From: an uncultured Holophagales bacterium
GTDB taxonomy: Bacteria > Acidobacteriota > Thermoanaerobaculia > Multivoradales > UBA5704
Assembly (NCBI GenBank): GCA_963842525.1
Contig: CAWJGT010000004.1
Span: 128,001 to 192,000 of the forward strand
Length of the DNA: 64,000 nucleotides
Reading direction: 5' to 3'
The notes under the pieces were generated by a model that was given only the letters and a program-made list of their open reading frames with translations, had not been told where the DNA came from and did no database searches. A program made the position numbers and the translations under genes. Within the stretch, counting starts at the first letter, position 1, and every line of letters starts with the position of its first letter. Shown piece by piece: positions 28,639 to 38,880 of this stretch.

Positions 28639-31600
28639 ATGCGTGAGCGCAGGCAACTGTCGCTCTGTGATCCCTTGGCACATCTGAGCCCCCGGTTCGC
28701 GGTCGTGATAGTCGGCGCGAGCATTGTGGCGGTGGTCGCATCGACCCTTGCCCGCCACTCTACAGTGGACCCTAAACATAGAGGATCCGTACGGCAGCGA
28801 TTGCTGGCGGCCTTCGGCGACTCGCGCTTGGTCGGCGTCCGACTGACCGGTCTCGAGCTGCCAGCACCAACAGACCCGCCAGCCACTATCGCCGAGCAAC
28901 GGGCAATCGCTCGCGAGATCGAGGCCAGCGTCCGAGGAAATTCCACGCCACGGGCCCTTGGCGACTTCGGCTTGCTACAGCTCGCGATCGGCCGCTACGA
29001 CACTGCGGTCAGGGTCCTTGAGAGGGCGAGTCGCCGGGCACCCTCTGACGCCCCCCTACGCGCTGACCTTGACGCCGCTTACCTGGTTCGCGGACGAGCC
29101 CTCGAAAGGCCCCGGGATCTAGTGCGCGCCCTCGACCGGATCGGGCCCGAGCCCATCACGCTAGAGTCGGCCTTCAACCGTGCGCTTGCGCTCCAGTCGC
29201 TCTACCTCCATCGGCTCGCGAAGGCTAGCTGGGAGCAGTACCTTCAACGCGATCCCAACTCCCCCTGGAGCCGACTCGCCACGGAATACTTGCGCACGCT
29301 GGTGACCGGTGGGCGCTCGATTGACCATGGCACCGGCGGCCCTAGGGTCACCGGTCGTGAAGACACAGCCGATGCCCCGGTCCAGTCGTCTCGACCTGAG
29401 GATCTCCAAACGTGGATCGAAGAGAAGGGTCTCGGGGCATGGACCTCGGCGGCCCTCGGCGGAGATGAAGCAAGCCGTAGGGCGGCCGAGCAACACCTCC
29501 GTCAGGTAGCCGTGTGGCTGTTAGAACTCAGCGGCGACCGTCTGGCCGCTGACGAAGTCGAAATCCTTGCCACAGCTCCGATGGAGCAGATAGGGCCGCT
29601 GGCTGAGGGTCTACGAGACTACGCCAAGGCGAAGAGTTGGCTTGACCGCTACGACTTTGAGAAGGCACTCACGCTCTTTGGCCGCGCCGCCGAGCGCCTT
29701 CGCTCCACTTCGAGCCCGCGCCTCTGGTGGGCCGAGGCGGGAATCGCTCACAGCGAGTTCCAGATGAAACGCTATAGTGCTGCACGCAGAAGAGCCGAGC
29801 GGGTTCTAACGGTAGCTCGCCGTCAGAGCTATGTCGCCATCGAGGCCCGCTGCGCCTGGGTGCTCGCCGGAATCGGATTGGCTGTTCTCGACCTCGATTC
29901 GGCCCAACGCTACGCGATCGCCTACCACGAGATCAATCGCCGGGCAAGGAACCGCACCGGCACCGCGACGGCCAGCCTCCTGCTAGGGCGCGTCGATGAC
30001 GAACTCGGGGATTCGACGGCGGCTTGGTTTCATCGCCTCCGGGGATTCCGCAACCTAGCCGAGGATGGCAGCGAAGAGCGGCTGGCACTGGCAATCGGAA
30101 ATGCTTCCTTTGCTTTGGCGCGGGAGGGCGAGTTCCATGCAGCTGCCGATTTTGCCTCCGAAGCCCTGGCGTTCGATCGTCAGCAGGGCACGCCGCTCGG
30201 TCTCGCAGAGTCGCTCTGGATGCGGGCGATGCACCGGGCGGAAGGAGGCGATACGAAGGGAGCGCTCGCTGATGTGCGCGAGGCGGAGTCCTATCTACCG
30301 GGTGTCGACAGCGCCGCCAATCGCGCACGCCTGCTCGCCGGGCTGCGTGCGGTCGAAGGTGCGCTGCAGAGCGAGGCCCACCCGCTTGTGGCACTCGCAC
30401 GCCTCGATGGCGCGCTTGGCTTCCTCCGACAAAGCGGTTACGAGTACGGCCAAGTGGAAATCCTTATCGATCGCGCCCGAGCACTGCGCCAGCTCGGGCA
30501 GTTCGAGAATGCGCTGGCTGATCTCGACCGGGCTGCACGCATCATCGCCGCACAGCGAGGACGCATCCGACAACCCATATTGCGAGTGTCGTTCTTCGAT
30601 CTGCAGGCCAAACTGGCCGACGAGCGAGTAGCCGCAAGCCTGCGTTTCGACCCGCGGGGCGAGCGCGCTTTTTGGGCCGCCGACGAAGCACGAGGGCTCC
30701 TCTTCCGCGACAGCCTCGCCCTTGCACCAGCCCGGCAGGCCATCCCGGTTCAGACAACCTCCCGGCTTGCGAGCCAAATCGGCGAGGCCGACGCGATCCT
30801 TTCCTACTGGTCTCTTCCCGACTCACTGCTGATCTGGATCGTGCGCCGCGACGAGCCAGCCAGACTCGTTTGCCGTGCCATCACCAGAGCCCTGCTCAGC
30901 CAACAGATTTCGGACTTCGTTGCCGCGATCGAGGAGGATTCCGAGCCCTCGATGGTTTCGTCTCTCGCGGAACGGCTCGGCGAGGCTCTGATTGCCCCCG
31001 TCGCGACCGAACTCGCAGGCGTTCGGCGCCTGATTGTGGTCCCCGATCGTGTCGTTCGCGCCGTGCCCTGGCCCGCACTCGAGGATGGCTCCGGCGCAGG
31101 TCCACTCCTTCGCCGATTTATCATCCGCATTTGTCCGGCGGCCGGGACGATTGGAGCCGGGGAAAGCGTGCGACGGCACATGGGCGAACCAATTTTCACG
31201 CGCCTGTTGGCAATCGGCGACCCGGAGGTTACCGCACTTGCGAAGGCGACCTACGCCAAGCTGCCGCACGCCCGCCGCGAGGTAGAAGGAATCGCGCGAC
31301 TCTTCGCCGACCATGTGACGCTGACCGGCCGGGAGGCCACCCGTGATCGCCTGCTCGCCGAGCTCGGACAAGCCTCTCTCCTCCATGTCGCAAGCCATTT
31401 CTCCGTGGGTCGGAATCCCGGGTCGGCCCACATCGTGCTGGCTGGTGAAGCAGGAGATGGAGCCGGAAGCCTGGACGCCGAGGCAATCGCGCGCTTGTCG
31501 CTTTCTCACCTCCGGCTGGCGGTGCTGAGTGGCTGCGCCACCGATCGCGAAAGAGAACCCTCGCTGGAAGGGACCTTCGCCGTCGCAGGCTCCTTCCTCG

Positions 31601-31851
31601 CCGCTGGCGCTACTGAAACTGTGGCAACCCTGTGGCCAGTTGACGATCGCATGACTGGCGAGTTCATGACCCACTTCTATCGCGAGCTGCTCGACGGCCA
31701 CGAAACCGACGAGGCTCTCCGGCGCGTCCAACTCGCACTGCTCGAGGGCCGCGAGGGCGCCGCTCGCAAACCGGCCCATTGGGCGGCCTTTCAAGTCGTC
31801 TCACTTCGCTCCCATGGCCGCGGGCTGAGTCTCGAAAGGAAGAAGCAATGA
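28639..31851 (+). CDS. N-terminal TM + TPR repeats + CHAT (caspase-like, clan CD) protease
   Basis: LIVVPD, LPHARRE, LHVASHF (His), VLSGCAT (Cys), FLAAGA..VATLWPVDD, HWAAF; start uncertain; possible TG-TACACT promoter at 28558-28566. Confidence 0.88.
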   Translation: MRERRQLSLCDPLAHLSPRFAVVIVGASIVAVVASTLARHSTVDPKHRGSVRQRLLAAFGDSRLVGVRLTGLELPAPTDPPATIAEQRAIAREIEASVRGNSTPRALGDFGLLQLAIGRYDTAVRVLERASRRAPSDAPLRADLDAAYLVRGRALERPRDLVRALDRIGPEPITLESAFNRALALQSLYLHRLAKASWEQYLQRDPNSPWSRLATEYLRTLVTGGRSIDHGTGGPRVTGREDTADAPVQSSRPEDLQTWIEEKGLGAWTSAALGGDEASRRAAEQHLRQVAVWLLELSGDRLAADEVEILATAPMEQIGPLAEGLRDYAKAKSWLDRYDFEKALTLFGRAAERLRSTSSPRLWWAEAGIAHSEFQMKRYSAARRRAERVLTVARRQSYVAIEARCAWVLAGIGLAVLDLDSAQRYAIAYHEINRRARNRTGTATASLLLGRVDDELGDSTAAWFHRLRGFRNLAEDGSEERLALAIGNASFALAREGEFHAAADFASEALAFDRQQGTPLGLAESLWMRAMHRAEGGDTKGALADVREAESYLPGVDSAANRARLLAGLRAVEGALQSEAHPLVALARLDGALGFLRQSGYEYGQVEILIDRARALRQLGQFENALADLDRAARIIAAQRGRIRQPILRVSFFDLQAKLADERVAASLRFDPRGERAFWAADEARGLLFRDSLALAPARQAIPVQTTSRLASQIGEADAILSYWSLPDSLLIWIVRRDEPARLVCRAITRALLSQQISDFVAAIEEDSEPSMVSSLAERLGEALIAPVATELAGVRRLIVVPDRVVRAVPWPALEDGSGAGPLLRRFIIRICPAAGTIGAGESVRRHMGEPIFTRLLAIGDPEVTALAKATYAKLPHARREVEGIARLFADHVTLTGREATRDRLLAELGQASLLHVASHFSVGRNPGSAHIVLAGEAGDGAGSLDAEAIARLSLSHLRLAVLSGCATDREREPSLEGTFAVAGSFLAAGATETVATLWPVDDRMTGEFMTHFYRELLDGHETDEALRRVQLALLEGREGAARKPAHWAAFQVVSLRSHGRGLSLERKKQ

Positions 31852-32786
31852 TCAAGGTACTGATCGTGGTTTCGGGCTTAGTGATCTTCGTTCCCGACGC
31901 TCCGCCGAATCCTCAGAGAATGACCGCCTTGCTCGTCGAGACGAAGGACGCACACGGCATGCCGCTTCACGGTATGACACTGCACGTTCCGGCTCTGCGC
32001 CAGCAGCTCGACTTCTTCTCGGTCCGCAGTTGGCACATCAATAACGGGGACTTTGAAGCAGTATTCAAGGTGGAAATGAACGGGCAGGCGACGATCAGCC
32101 TAGGTGCGCAGAAGGATTTTCCTCACCTTAGCCAACTGACCGCCAATCCCGACGACGCCACGATCAAACCCGATTGCCTTACCGGCAAATGCACCGACGA
32201 TAGCGCCGACAAAAACAAATTGGTCGCTGCGATCGTGCGGTTCGAAGGTCGTTGGCGGACGAGGCCGCTGCTGCGCTGCGAGAAGGCATGGATCCTCCCG
32301 GTAGATTTCGACGAGAAGTCGCAGTCCGAGTTTCGACTCGCCGACTTGACAACCGTCCTGACCGGGCAGGCCCAACGCCCTCTCGCGACGGGTCTTGCGC
32401 TCGAGACCGAGATCGAGACGCTTAAGGATCTCAGCCTCGTGATCCATGGTTCCACCCAGCAGCTTCAACTCACTGACCCAACAATGTGTCAGGCATGGCT
32501 CGGTGTCGGTGTGTCGTCCTGTGTTGTGCTCGAGGTGGAAAACTGGCCGGAGGTCCCCATCGATGCCTCCTGCAATGTGGCCGATCCACCGTCCCATTGT
32601 CGTGTTGACAAGCACTTCAAGATGTTCTACGACTTGATCGTGACCCCTCCTAAGGAAAACGAGCGCTGGCTGCCATACGTCGCGGCAGGTGTGGTGAAGT
32701 GCCCGAACTCACCTGGGGCAGGGCAGCCGCCTGGAATCCGCTGCCCGCCAGCGTTCACTTGTGCGAAATCTCCTTGCAAACCATGA
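31848..32786 (+). CDS. Uncharacterised Cys-rich protein translationally coupled to CHAT
   Basis: ATGA overlap with the CHAT stop; 11 Cys; HVPAL, HFKMFYDL and RCPP motifs. Confidence 0.78.
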   Translation: MIKVLIVVSGLVIFVPDAPPNPQRMTALLVETKDAHGMPLHGMTLHVPALRQQLDFFSVRSWHINNGDFEAVFKVEMNGQATISLGAQKDFPHLSQLTANPDDATIKPDCLTGKCTDDSADKNKLVAAIVRFEGRWRTRPLLRCEKAWILPVDFDEKSQSEFRLADLTTVLTGQAQRPLATGLALETEIETLKDLSLVIHGSTQQLQLTDPTMCQAWLGVGVSSCVVLEVENWPEVPIDASCNVADPPSHCRVDKHFKMFYDLIVTPPKENERWLPYVAAGVVKCPNSPGAGQPPGIRCPPAFTCAKSPCKP

Positions 32787-34006
32787 GGCCCATTATGAGT
32801 CGAATCGCTGTGATTATGTTTCTGTTAGGGCTACCCGCCCTGATCGAACCACTCGCGGGCCAACAAGTTCCCCAGTCCGTGCCCTTACGACGTCAGTTGG
32901 CCTCCGAGTGGTGCTGGGCCGCTAGCGCCCAGATGGCGATGGAAGCTCTCGGCGCCAACAGGGACGACGTGCGCCAGCGAATCCAGGCCGGACGGAGCTA
33001 CTTACCTGTCGAGAGGTGCGACTCTTTCGCCTGTAACTCTGGAGGAATTACCTTTCCGACGTGCGCCTTCGGTGGCTTCCCGCAGTTCTACAAGTTCGGC
33101 TTCGAGGCCGATGTCACCCCGCTCTATCGGCCTCTCAAATGGCTCGAGCTGTGGCAGGAGCTTCGCTGCCGTCCCGTCGTGTTCGCACGCGAGGATCTTG
33201 AGAATGGCCAACGGACCGGCACCGGTCACATGGTGGTGGCGACCTCGGCAGGGATCGCCGACGATGGCCCCTGGATTGCCGTCAAGGACCCAGGGCCACC
33301 GTGCGAGGGATCCATGCGCTCCGAGACATACGAGGAATACCTTGGGGGTAGCAGCAAGGCCCACTGGATCGACTACTACCATCTGCATAAAGCGGATATC
33401 CCCCTCGCCGAATGCGATCCACCTGAAGCGACACCATCCGTCTTCGAGATGCGCGAGAGCACTTCACCGGTCGAGCCGGTGGCGGGATTCATCGCGGCGA
33501 TCCAGAACAACTCCTGGATTCGAGCATCGGCTGGGCTGGCGGGAGACGGTGCGCTGAACTGCGACCTGGACTCTGCGATCTCCGAGAAGACAATTTCGAT
33601 TGCTAGTCTACGCAGTGCTGCGCCGGGGGTACCGCTCGATTCCCTCCTCGTTGACATAGGTCGGCAACGCTTCCTGTGCCGTAGCGGTGTCACTCAAAGC
33701 TTCTCGGTCGAGGTCGAACAACGACCGTCAGGGATGTGGCGAGTTGTGACTATTGGTGATATCCAACTTGCCAACCGGCTGAAAGCAATCCAGGACGACA
33801 AGCAGGCCGGGCAGCAGATTCAGGAGGTCTCGGTCCTAGGTCTCAACGTCCGTTTCGCCCGGCTGGTGGGCGATCCCCCGGGACTTGCGACCCCCCTTTC
33901 CTCGGTTCCCGGTTACGGTATCATGCCGGACTCCCAGGAAGAGGCAAGCCTTCTCGGGAAGCTGCGGACGGCCGCTGCGATCTTCCGTGCTACCGGCCCG
34001 ACCTAG
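32783..34006 (+). CDS. Secreted papain-like cysteine protease (C39-like/AvrRpt2-like) with a C-terminal extension
   Basis: ATGA overlap; signal peptide; RQLASEWCWAAS (Gln/Cys), GHMVV (His), KDP (Asp). Confidence 0.8.
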   Translation: MRPIMSRIAVIMFLLGLPALIEPLAGQQVPQSVPLRRQLASEWCWAASAQMAMEALGANRDDVRQRIQAGRSYLPVERCDSFACNSGGITFPTCAFGGFPQFYKFGFEADVTPLYRPLKWLELWQELRCRPVVFAREDLENGQRTGTGHMVVATSAGIADDGPWIAVKDPGPPCEGSMRSETYEEYLGGSSKAHWIDYYHLHKADIPLAECDPPEATPSVFEMRESTSPVEPVAGFIAAIQNNSWIRASAGLAGDGALNCDLDSAISEKTISIASLRSAAPGVPLDSLLVDIGRQRFLCRSGVTQSFSVEVEQRPSGMWRVVTIGDIQLANRLKAIQDDKQAGQQIQEVSVLGLNVRFARLVGDPPGLATPLSSVPGYGIMPDSQEEASLLGKLRTAAAIFRATGPT

Positions 34007-34189
34007 TACTGGAAGAGGTGCCGTCCGCCCTGGCCTGGAGGAGTCCAGGGCAGGGCAGAGGTGCCAGCTGATTATTCGGATTATTCGGTAGCAAACGGTT
34101 CGTCGCCAGCGATCGATCCAAGCTCTCGGGCCACGTGGTGCGCTGCGGGCCTGAGCCAATCTCCTTGATCTGCCGAGCGGTGCGAGGAG

Positions 34190-34615
34190 CTAGCCGCGGG
34201 GCTCGGCGATGTATTCGAGCCCCCAGATACGGAGCAGCTCCCGGCAGCCGTCGTCGAATTCGTGCGAAAAGTCGACGAACTGGCGGAGGTCGAGGGTCCA
34301 AGAAAGCCTCTGGTATTCGCAGGGTTTGGACAGAACCGGGATAATGCGGGCGTCGTAACGAGTCTCGCGTAGGGCGTAGAGGAGCTCCCTCCGCACCCAC
34401 ATCGATTCGATGGATGCGGGAGACAGGATCACCAGGAACCAGTCGCAACGCGCGAGGGCCGCGCCGATCTCGTCGTGCCACTGCTGACCACCTCGGATGT
34501 TCCTGCGGCTGAACCAGTAAGGAATGCCGTGCCTCTCGAGCACGCGTCCGATCTCGGACGCGAAGTCCCGATCCACATCGGAGTACGAGAGAAACAGCTC
34601 AGCGGGAACCGGCAC
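34190..34615 (-). CDS. Stand-alone TIR domain protein (catalytic Glu present)
   Basis: LFLSYS..D, I.GG..W, LSPASIESMWVRREL and IIPVL motifs. Confidence 0.88.
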   Translation of the reverse strand: MPVPAELFLSYSDVDRDFASEIGRVLERHGIPYWFSRRNIRGGQQWHDEIGAALARCDWFLVILSPASIESMWVRRELLYALRETRYDARIIPVLSKPCEYQRLSWTLDLRQFVDFSHEFDDGCRELLRIWGLEYIAEPRG

Positions 34616-35018
34616 TCGCGCGCGCGCCCTGAGGCACCGGCGGCTGCCTCAGCCGGTCGGAGATCTGCCCGGCCACCTCGGCCGGGGTTCCCTGGGACCA
34701 TTTCAAGCGGCGGAGTATCCAAGGGATCTTGTCGCTGGGTTGCAGCAGGACAGGGATGAGACGGTCTCGGAACCGTTCGGAGCCGAGGGCGTACTGCACG
34801 TCCCGCCCGACAGAATCCGCTTCGGCGGCGGCGGGCGAGAGCAGGACAACCATTGCATCCGCATCTCGGAGGGCCTCACCGGCTTCAAGATACCAGTTGT
34901 CACCGGGGAACAAGCTCATCGCATCCAGCCAGACTTCGAAGGCAGCCCCAACAAGCTCCCGATAGAGTTTCTCCGCCCACTCCCGATCTGCTGAGGCGTA
35001 ACTGATAAAGACTTTCAT
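34599..35018 (-). CDS. Stand-alone TIR domain protein (Glu replaced by Asp)
   Basis: KVFISYA..D, VWLD...PGDNW, LLSP...VGRDV and LIPVLL motifs. Confidence 0.88.
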   Translation of the reverse strand: MKVFISYASADREWAEKLYRELVGAAFEVWLDAMSLFPGDNWYLEAGEALRDADAMVVLLSPAAAEADSVGRDVQYALGSERFRDRLIPVLLQPSDKIPWILRRLKWSQGTPAEVAGQISDRLRQPPVPQGARASAGSR

Positions 35019-35048
35019 GGCATCAGTCTACACGACATCCTTCGGGCC

Positions 35049-38000
35049 TCAAAGCCCCCCACCCGCCTTCCGTGCGATCAGCCCATACCCCAGCGCCTGG
35101 GCCTCCTGCGCGAGGGCGGCGAGCTGCGGGGTGCTGGCTGTGCCGGCGAGTTGCGCCAAGGCGAGCCTCGCCTCGAGCTGCAGGTCAAGCAGGCCGGCCT
35201 GGGTGGCCTGGGCCTGGATGGCCTGGAGCGCCGCCGCGGGGTTGGCGGTCCGGCGCAGGCGGGCGGCGGCGAGGTCCACGGTCAGGCGGGCGCGCAGGTT
35301 CTGGCTGTTGCCCACCAGGATGGCGGCGCGGTCGATCGCCGCCCGGGCTCCGGCGGCATCGCCGCGCGCCGAGGCGGCGAGAGCGGCCGTGGCCAGGGCA
35401 AGCGCCTCGCCGTCGGCGTCTCCCTGGCGGGCGAGCTCTCCGGCGGCGGCGCGGGCCTCCTGTTCGGCGCGGACCGGGTCGCCGGCGTCGAGCAACAGCG
35501 CGGCGAGGGCCTGCCGGCTCTCGGCCGCCTTGTCTCTTTCGCCCAGGGCCGTCCGCAGGGCGAGAGCCGCCTCGTGGCGCCGGCGCGCCTCGACCAGGTT
35601 CCCCTCGCGGGCCAGCACCTCGCCCACCCCGAAGAGGGCGTAGGCCGACGCGCTCTTGCTGCCGATCTGCCGGCAGAGCGCCGTCGAGGTCTGGAACTGT
35701 TTGCGGGCGGCCGCCAGCTCCCCCTGTTCCAGGAGGACCGCTCCGAGGTTGTTGAGCGTGGCGACCTCGCCGATCTTCTGGCCGATGTCGCGCCGGATGC
35801 GGAGCGACTCTTCATGCCGCCGGCGCGCACCCGCGAGGTCCCCCCGCTTGCGCAGCACCGCGCCGATGTTGTCCAGGGCGTAGGCTTCGCCGCTCCGGTC
35901 CCCCTGCTCGCGCTGAAGGGCGAGGGCCTGCTCGAAGAGCTTGCCGGCCTCCGCGAGGTCGCTGCGCCGGAAGAGGACGCCCGCCAGGTTGTTGAGCGCC
36001 TGCGCCTCGCCGCTCTTGCTGCCGATCTCGCGGCAGATCGCGAGCACCTCCTGGTAGAGCTGGCGCGCCCGGTCGAGGTCTCCCCGGCTCTTGAGCACGA
36101 TGGCGATGTTGTTGAGCGCAACGGCTTCGGCTCCCCGGCTGCCGATCTCCCGGTAGGTCGCCAGCGCCTGCTCGTAGCGGCCGAGGGCTGAGTCCAGGTC
36201 GCCGCGGTCGTAGAGGACATTGGCGGCGTGCGTCTGGGCCTCCGCTTCTCCGGCCCGGTCGCCGACATCTGCATAGAGCCGCTGGCCCTCCTCGCAGGCG
36301 GCCAGCGCCTCTTGGGCCTGCCCGAGGTTGCGCAACGCCCGGCACTCCATGAGCCGGGCCTGCGCCACCATCAGCGGCGCGCCCTGGGCCTTGCCCTTGG
36401 CGGCGGCGCGGGCCGCCGCGTCCCGCTGCCGTCCGAAGTTGGCGCGGACCCCGGCCGCCGTGGCCTCGGCGAGGTCGATGCCCGGGTCCTCCCCCGAGGG
36501 GGGTGGCAGGGCGCGCAGGGCCGCGGCCGTGGCCAGCGCCTCGTCCGCTTGTCCCGCCATCGTCTGGGTCTTGGCGAGGCGGAGGCCATAGTCGAGGTTG
36601 TCCGGGAACAGCGACCAGAGGCTCCAATAGATCTCGGTCGCGCGGTCCCAGTCCTGGACGGTCTCGAGATACCGTCCCTCGATCAGCAGCCGCTCCTCCT
36701 GGGGCAGCCCGTCGGCGAGGTCGAAGGCCCGCTTCGCCTCCTCGCGCGCCTTGCCGTCGAAGCCCAGGGCGGTCCAGGCCGTGGAGAGCGCCCGATGGAT
36801 GAGGGCGTTGCCGGGCTCGGCCGCGGATGCCCGCGCCAGCAGGTCGCGCGCGCCCATCGGGTCGAACAGCCGCAGCTTCTGAAGCCCTTCCGCATAGAGC
36901 CGGGCGGCCTGGGGATTCTCGGGCAGGGCGGCGCGGGCCGGTTGCGCCGCAGCCTCGGCGGTCACCCCCAGAGCCTTGCGCAGGCGCTCGCCGACCCGGG
37001 AGACCAGGTCGAAGAGCTGCGCCTCGCTGCCGGACTCGGCCACGGTCGCGGTGGTCTCGCCCCGCGCCGCGTCCTGGAGCCGGAGATCGAGCCGGATCGT
37101 CCGCCCCTGCGGGCCCGCCAGCGTGGCGTACGAGCCCACCACCACGGCGTCGGTGCCGAGCAGGCTGCGCAGGCGCGCCAGCGTCTCGCGCCCAAGGCTG
37201 TCGGCGTCGCCGAGATGGAGCTCCACCTTGGCGCGCGCCACGTTCTCGCCCGCGATGATCCGCAGCTTGCCGCCGGACCCCAGCTCCGTCGACAGCATCT
37301 CGGCGAGCCCTGCGGATAGCCACTCGGTCCCCGGAGTGCCGGAGAGGTTGCGGAAGCCGAGGACCGCCACCGACCGCCGCGGGGTAATCCGTTCGGTCAA
37401 CAGCGCCAGCCTCTGCCCCGGCTCGAGCTGTTTCTGCCGCCACTGCCCATAGCGGACCCAGCCCACCGCGGCGGCGGCGGTGACGAGGCCAGCGAGCAGA
37501 AGAATCTGGAGCCGGCGCCTCCCGGCTCCGGAGGACGCACGGGAGGGCGCCGGAACGGTTGGCGCGGGCGCGGCGGGTGGAGGCGGCTGGAAGGCCGGCG
37601 TCTCCCCCTGGGAGGCCAGTGTGATGGCGTCGATCGCATCCAGGACGGACCGGAAGCGGCCCGCCGGCTCGCGCGCGAGGCAGCAGAGGATCGCCGACTC
37701 CCACCGTTTGCCCAGGTCCGGCACATGGACGCGCGGCGAAGGCGGCGCCTCCTGGAGCCGCTTGACCGCGGTCGAGAGCGCCGTATCGCCGAGGAAGGGG
37801 ACCTTGCCGGTCAGCATCTCGTAGAGGACGATGCCGAAGGCATAGATATCGACCGCCGGGGTGATCTCCTTGCCCTCGATCTGCTCGGGAGCGAGGTAGG
37901 CGGGAGTGCCGACCACGCCGGCGTGAGCGGTGAGGGTGAGCCCCCGGTCGTCCGATCCGCTCTCCAGCCGGGCGAGCCCGAAGTCGGTCACCACGGCGCG

Positions 38001-38789
38001 GAGCCCGCCGCGCCCCTCGGCCAGCACCACGTTGCCGGGCTTGAGATCGCGATGGACCACGCCGACCTGGTGGGCCGCGTGGAGCGCGCTCGCGACCTGG
38101 CGGGCGATGGGAAGCGCTTCCTCCGGCCGCATCGGGCCGCCGCGCCGCAGCCGCTCGGCCAGCGTCTCGCCCGGCAGCAGCTCCATGGTGAGGAAGATCG
38201 TCTCCTCGCCGCCACCCTCCGGGCGGTGGTAGGAGACGTCGAAGATCCGGCAGACGTTGGGATGCGTGACCTTGCGGGCGAGCTGGATCTCACGCCGGAA
38301 GCGTTCGACCGCCGTCTCGTCCCGGCCCACCTCGGAGCGCACCATCTTCAAGGCGACGCGTTCCTTGAGCTCGAGGTCGTCCACCTCGTAGACCTCGCCC
38401 ATGCCGCCGCGGGCGATGAACCGCACCACGAGGTAACGGCCGCCGACCCGCTCACCCGGCGCGAAGGCCGGCTTCTGCTCGCGCCGCGGAGCAGACGCCG
38501 GGCCGGGCTGCGTCGCGCTCGGGAGGGGACTGGTGAGCTGGTCGGTGAGGCTCACCCGGGTCGCGCTCTGCACCGGCATGCCCACCAGCGTCGGCGGGGG
38601 AGGGGCGCCCACCATCGTCACCTGGCTCGGGTCCGCGCCCGGGCGCCGCACTCCGAACGCCGTCCGGCACGACGCGCACTGGATGCGCAGGCGCGGCGGT
38701 GTCTCCGCATTGACCAGGAAACGGAGCTTCTGGCCGCAACCCGGGCAGGTGACGGTGAACGGGGAGGGGGTTGCCGAAAGCTGGCTCAT
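35049..38789 (-). CDS. Ser/Thr kinase: zinc ribbon, kinase, TM, TolB-like segment and many TPRs
   Basis: CPGC...CASC, RGGMGEVY, HRDLKPGN, DFGLA, GTPAYLAPE, SVAVLGFRNL and TPR repeats. Confidence 0.92.
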   Translation of the reverse strand: MSQLSATPSPFTVTCPGCGQKLRFLVNAETPPRLRIQCASCRTAFGVRRPGADPSQVTMVGAPPPPTLVGMPVQSATRVSLTDQLTSPLPSATQPGPASAPRREQKPAFAPGERVGGRYLVVRFIARGGMGEVYEVDDLELKERVALKMVRSEVGRDETAVERFRREIQLARKVTHPNVCRIFDVSYHRPEGGGEETIFLTMELLPGETLAERLRRGGPMRPEEALPIARQVASALHAAHQVGVVHRDLKPGNVVLAEGRGGLRAVVTDFGLARLESGSDDRGLTLTAHAGVVGTPAYLAPEQIEGKEITPAVDIYAFGIVLYEMLTGKVPFLGDTALSTAVKRLQEAPPSPRVHVPDLGKRWESAILCCLAREPAGRFRSVLDAIDAITLASQGETPAFQPPPPAAPAPTVPAPSRASSGAGRRRLQILLLAGLVTAAAAVGWVRYGQWRQKQLEPGQRLALLTERITPRRSVAVLGFRNLSGTPGTEWLSAGLAEMLSTELGSGGKLRIIAGENVARAKVELHLGDADSLGRETLARLRSLLGTDAVVVGSYATLAGPQGRTIRLDLRLQDAARGETTATVAESGSEAQLFDLVSRVGERLRKALGVTAEAAAQPARAALPENPQAARLYAEGLQKLRLFDPMGARDLLARASAAEPGNALIHRALSTAWTALGFDGKAREEAKRAFDLADGLPQEERLLIEGRYLETVQDWDRATEIYWSLWSLFPDNLDYGLRLAKTQTMAGQADEALATAAALRALPPPSGEDPGIDLAEATAAGVRANFGRQRDAAARAAAKGKAQGAPLMVAQARLMECRALRNLGQAQEALAACEEGQRLYADVGDRAGEAEAQTHAANVLYDRGDLDSALGRYEQALATYREIGSRGAEAVALNNIAIVLKSRGDLDRARQLYQEVLAICREIGSKSGEAQALNNLAGVLFRRSDLAEAGKLFEQALALQREQGDRSGEAYALDNIGAVLRKRGDLAGARRRHEESLRIRRDIGQKIGEVATLNNLGAVLLEQGELAAARKQFQTSTALCRQIGSKSASAYALFGVGEVLAREGNLVEARRRHEAALALRTALGERDKAAESRQALAALLLDAGDPVRAEQEARAAAGELARQGDADGEALALATAALAASARGDAAGARAAIDRAAILVGNSQNLRARLTVDLAAARLRRTANPAAALQAIQAQATQAGLLDLQLEARLALAQLAGTASTPQLAALAQEAQALGYGLIARKAGGGL

Positions 38790-38880
38790 CGGAGTATACG
38801 GGCGTTTCCTCGCCTCGGGACCGGCGCGATTCCTCACCTATCGCTGGAAAACAGGGCGATTCTACCCCATCCGCCCTGAA

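Noticed and set aside
34190-35018. Canonical Thoeris system
   Set aside because: No ThsA (SIR2/Macro-SLOG) or comparable effector is adjacent
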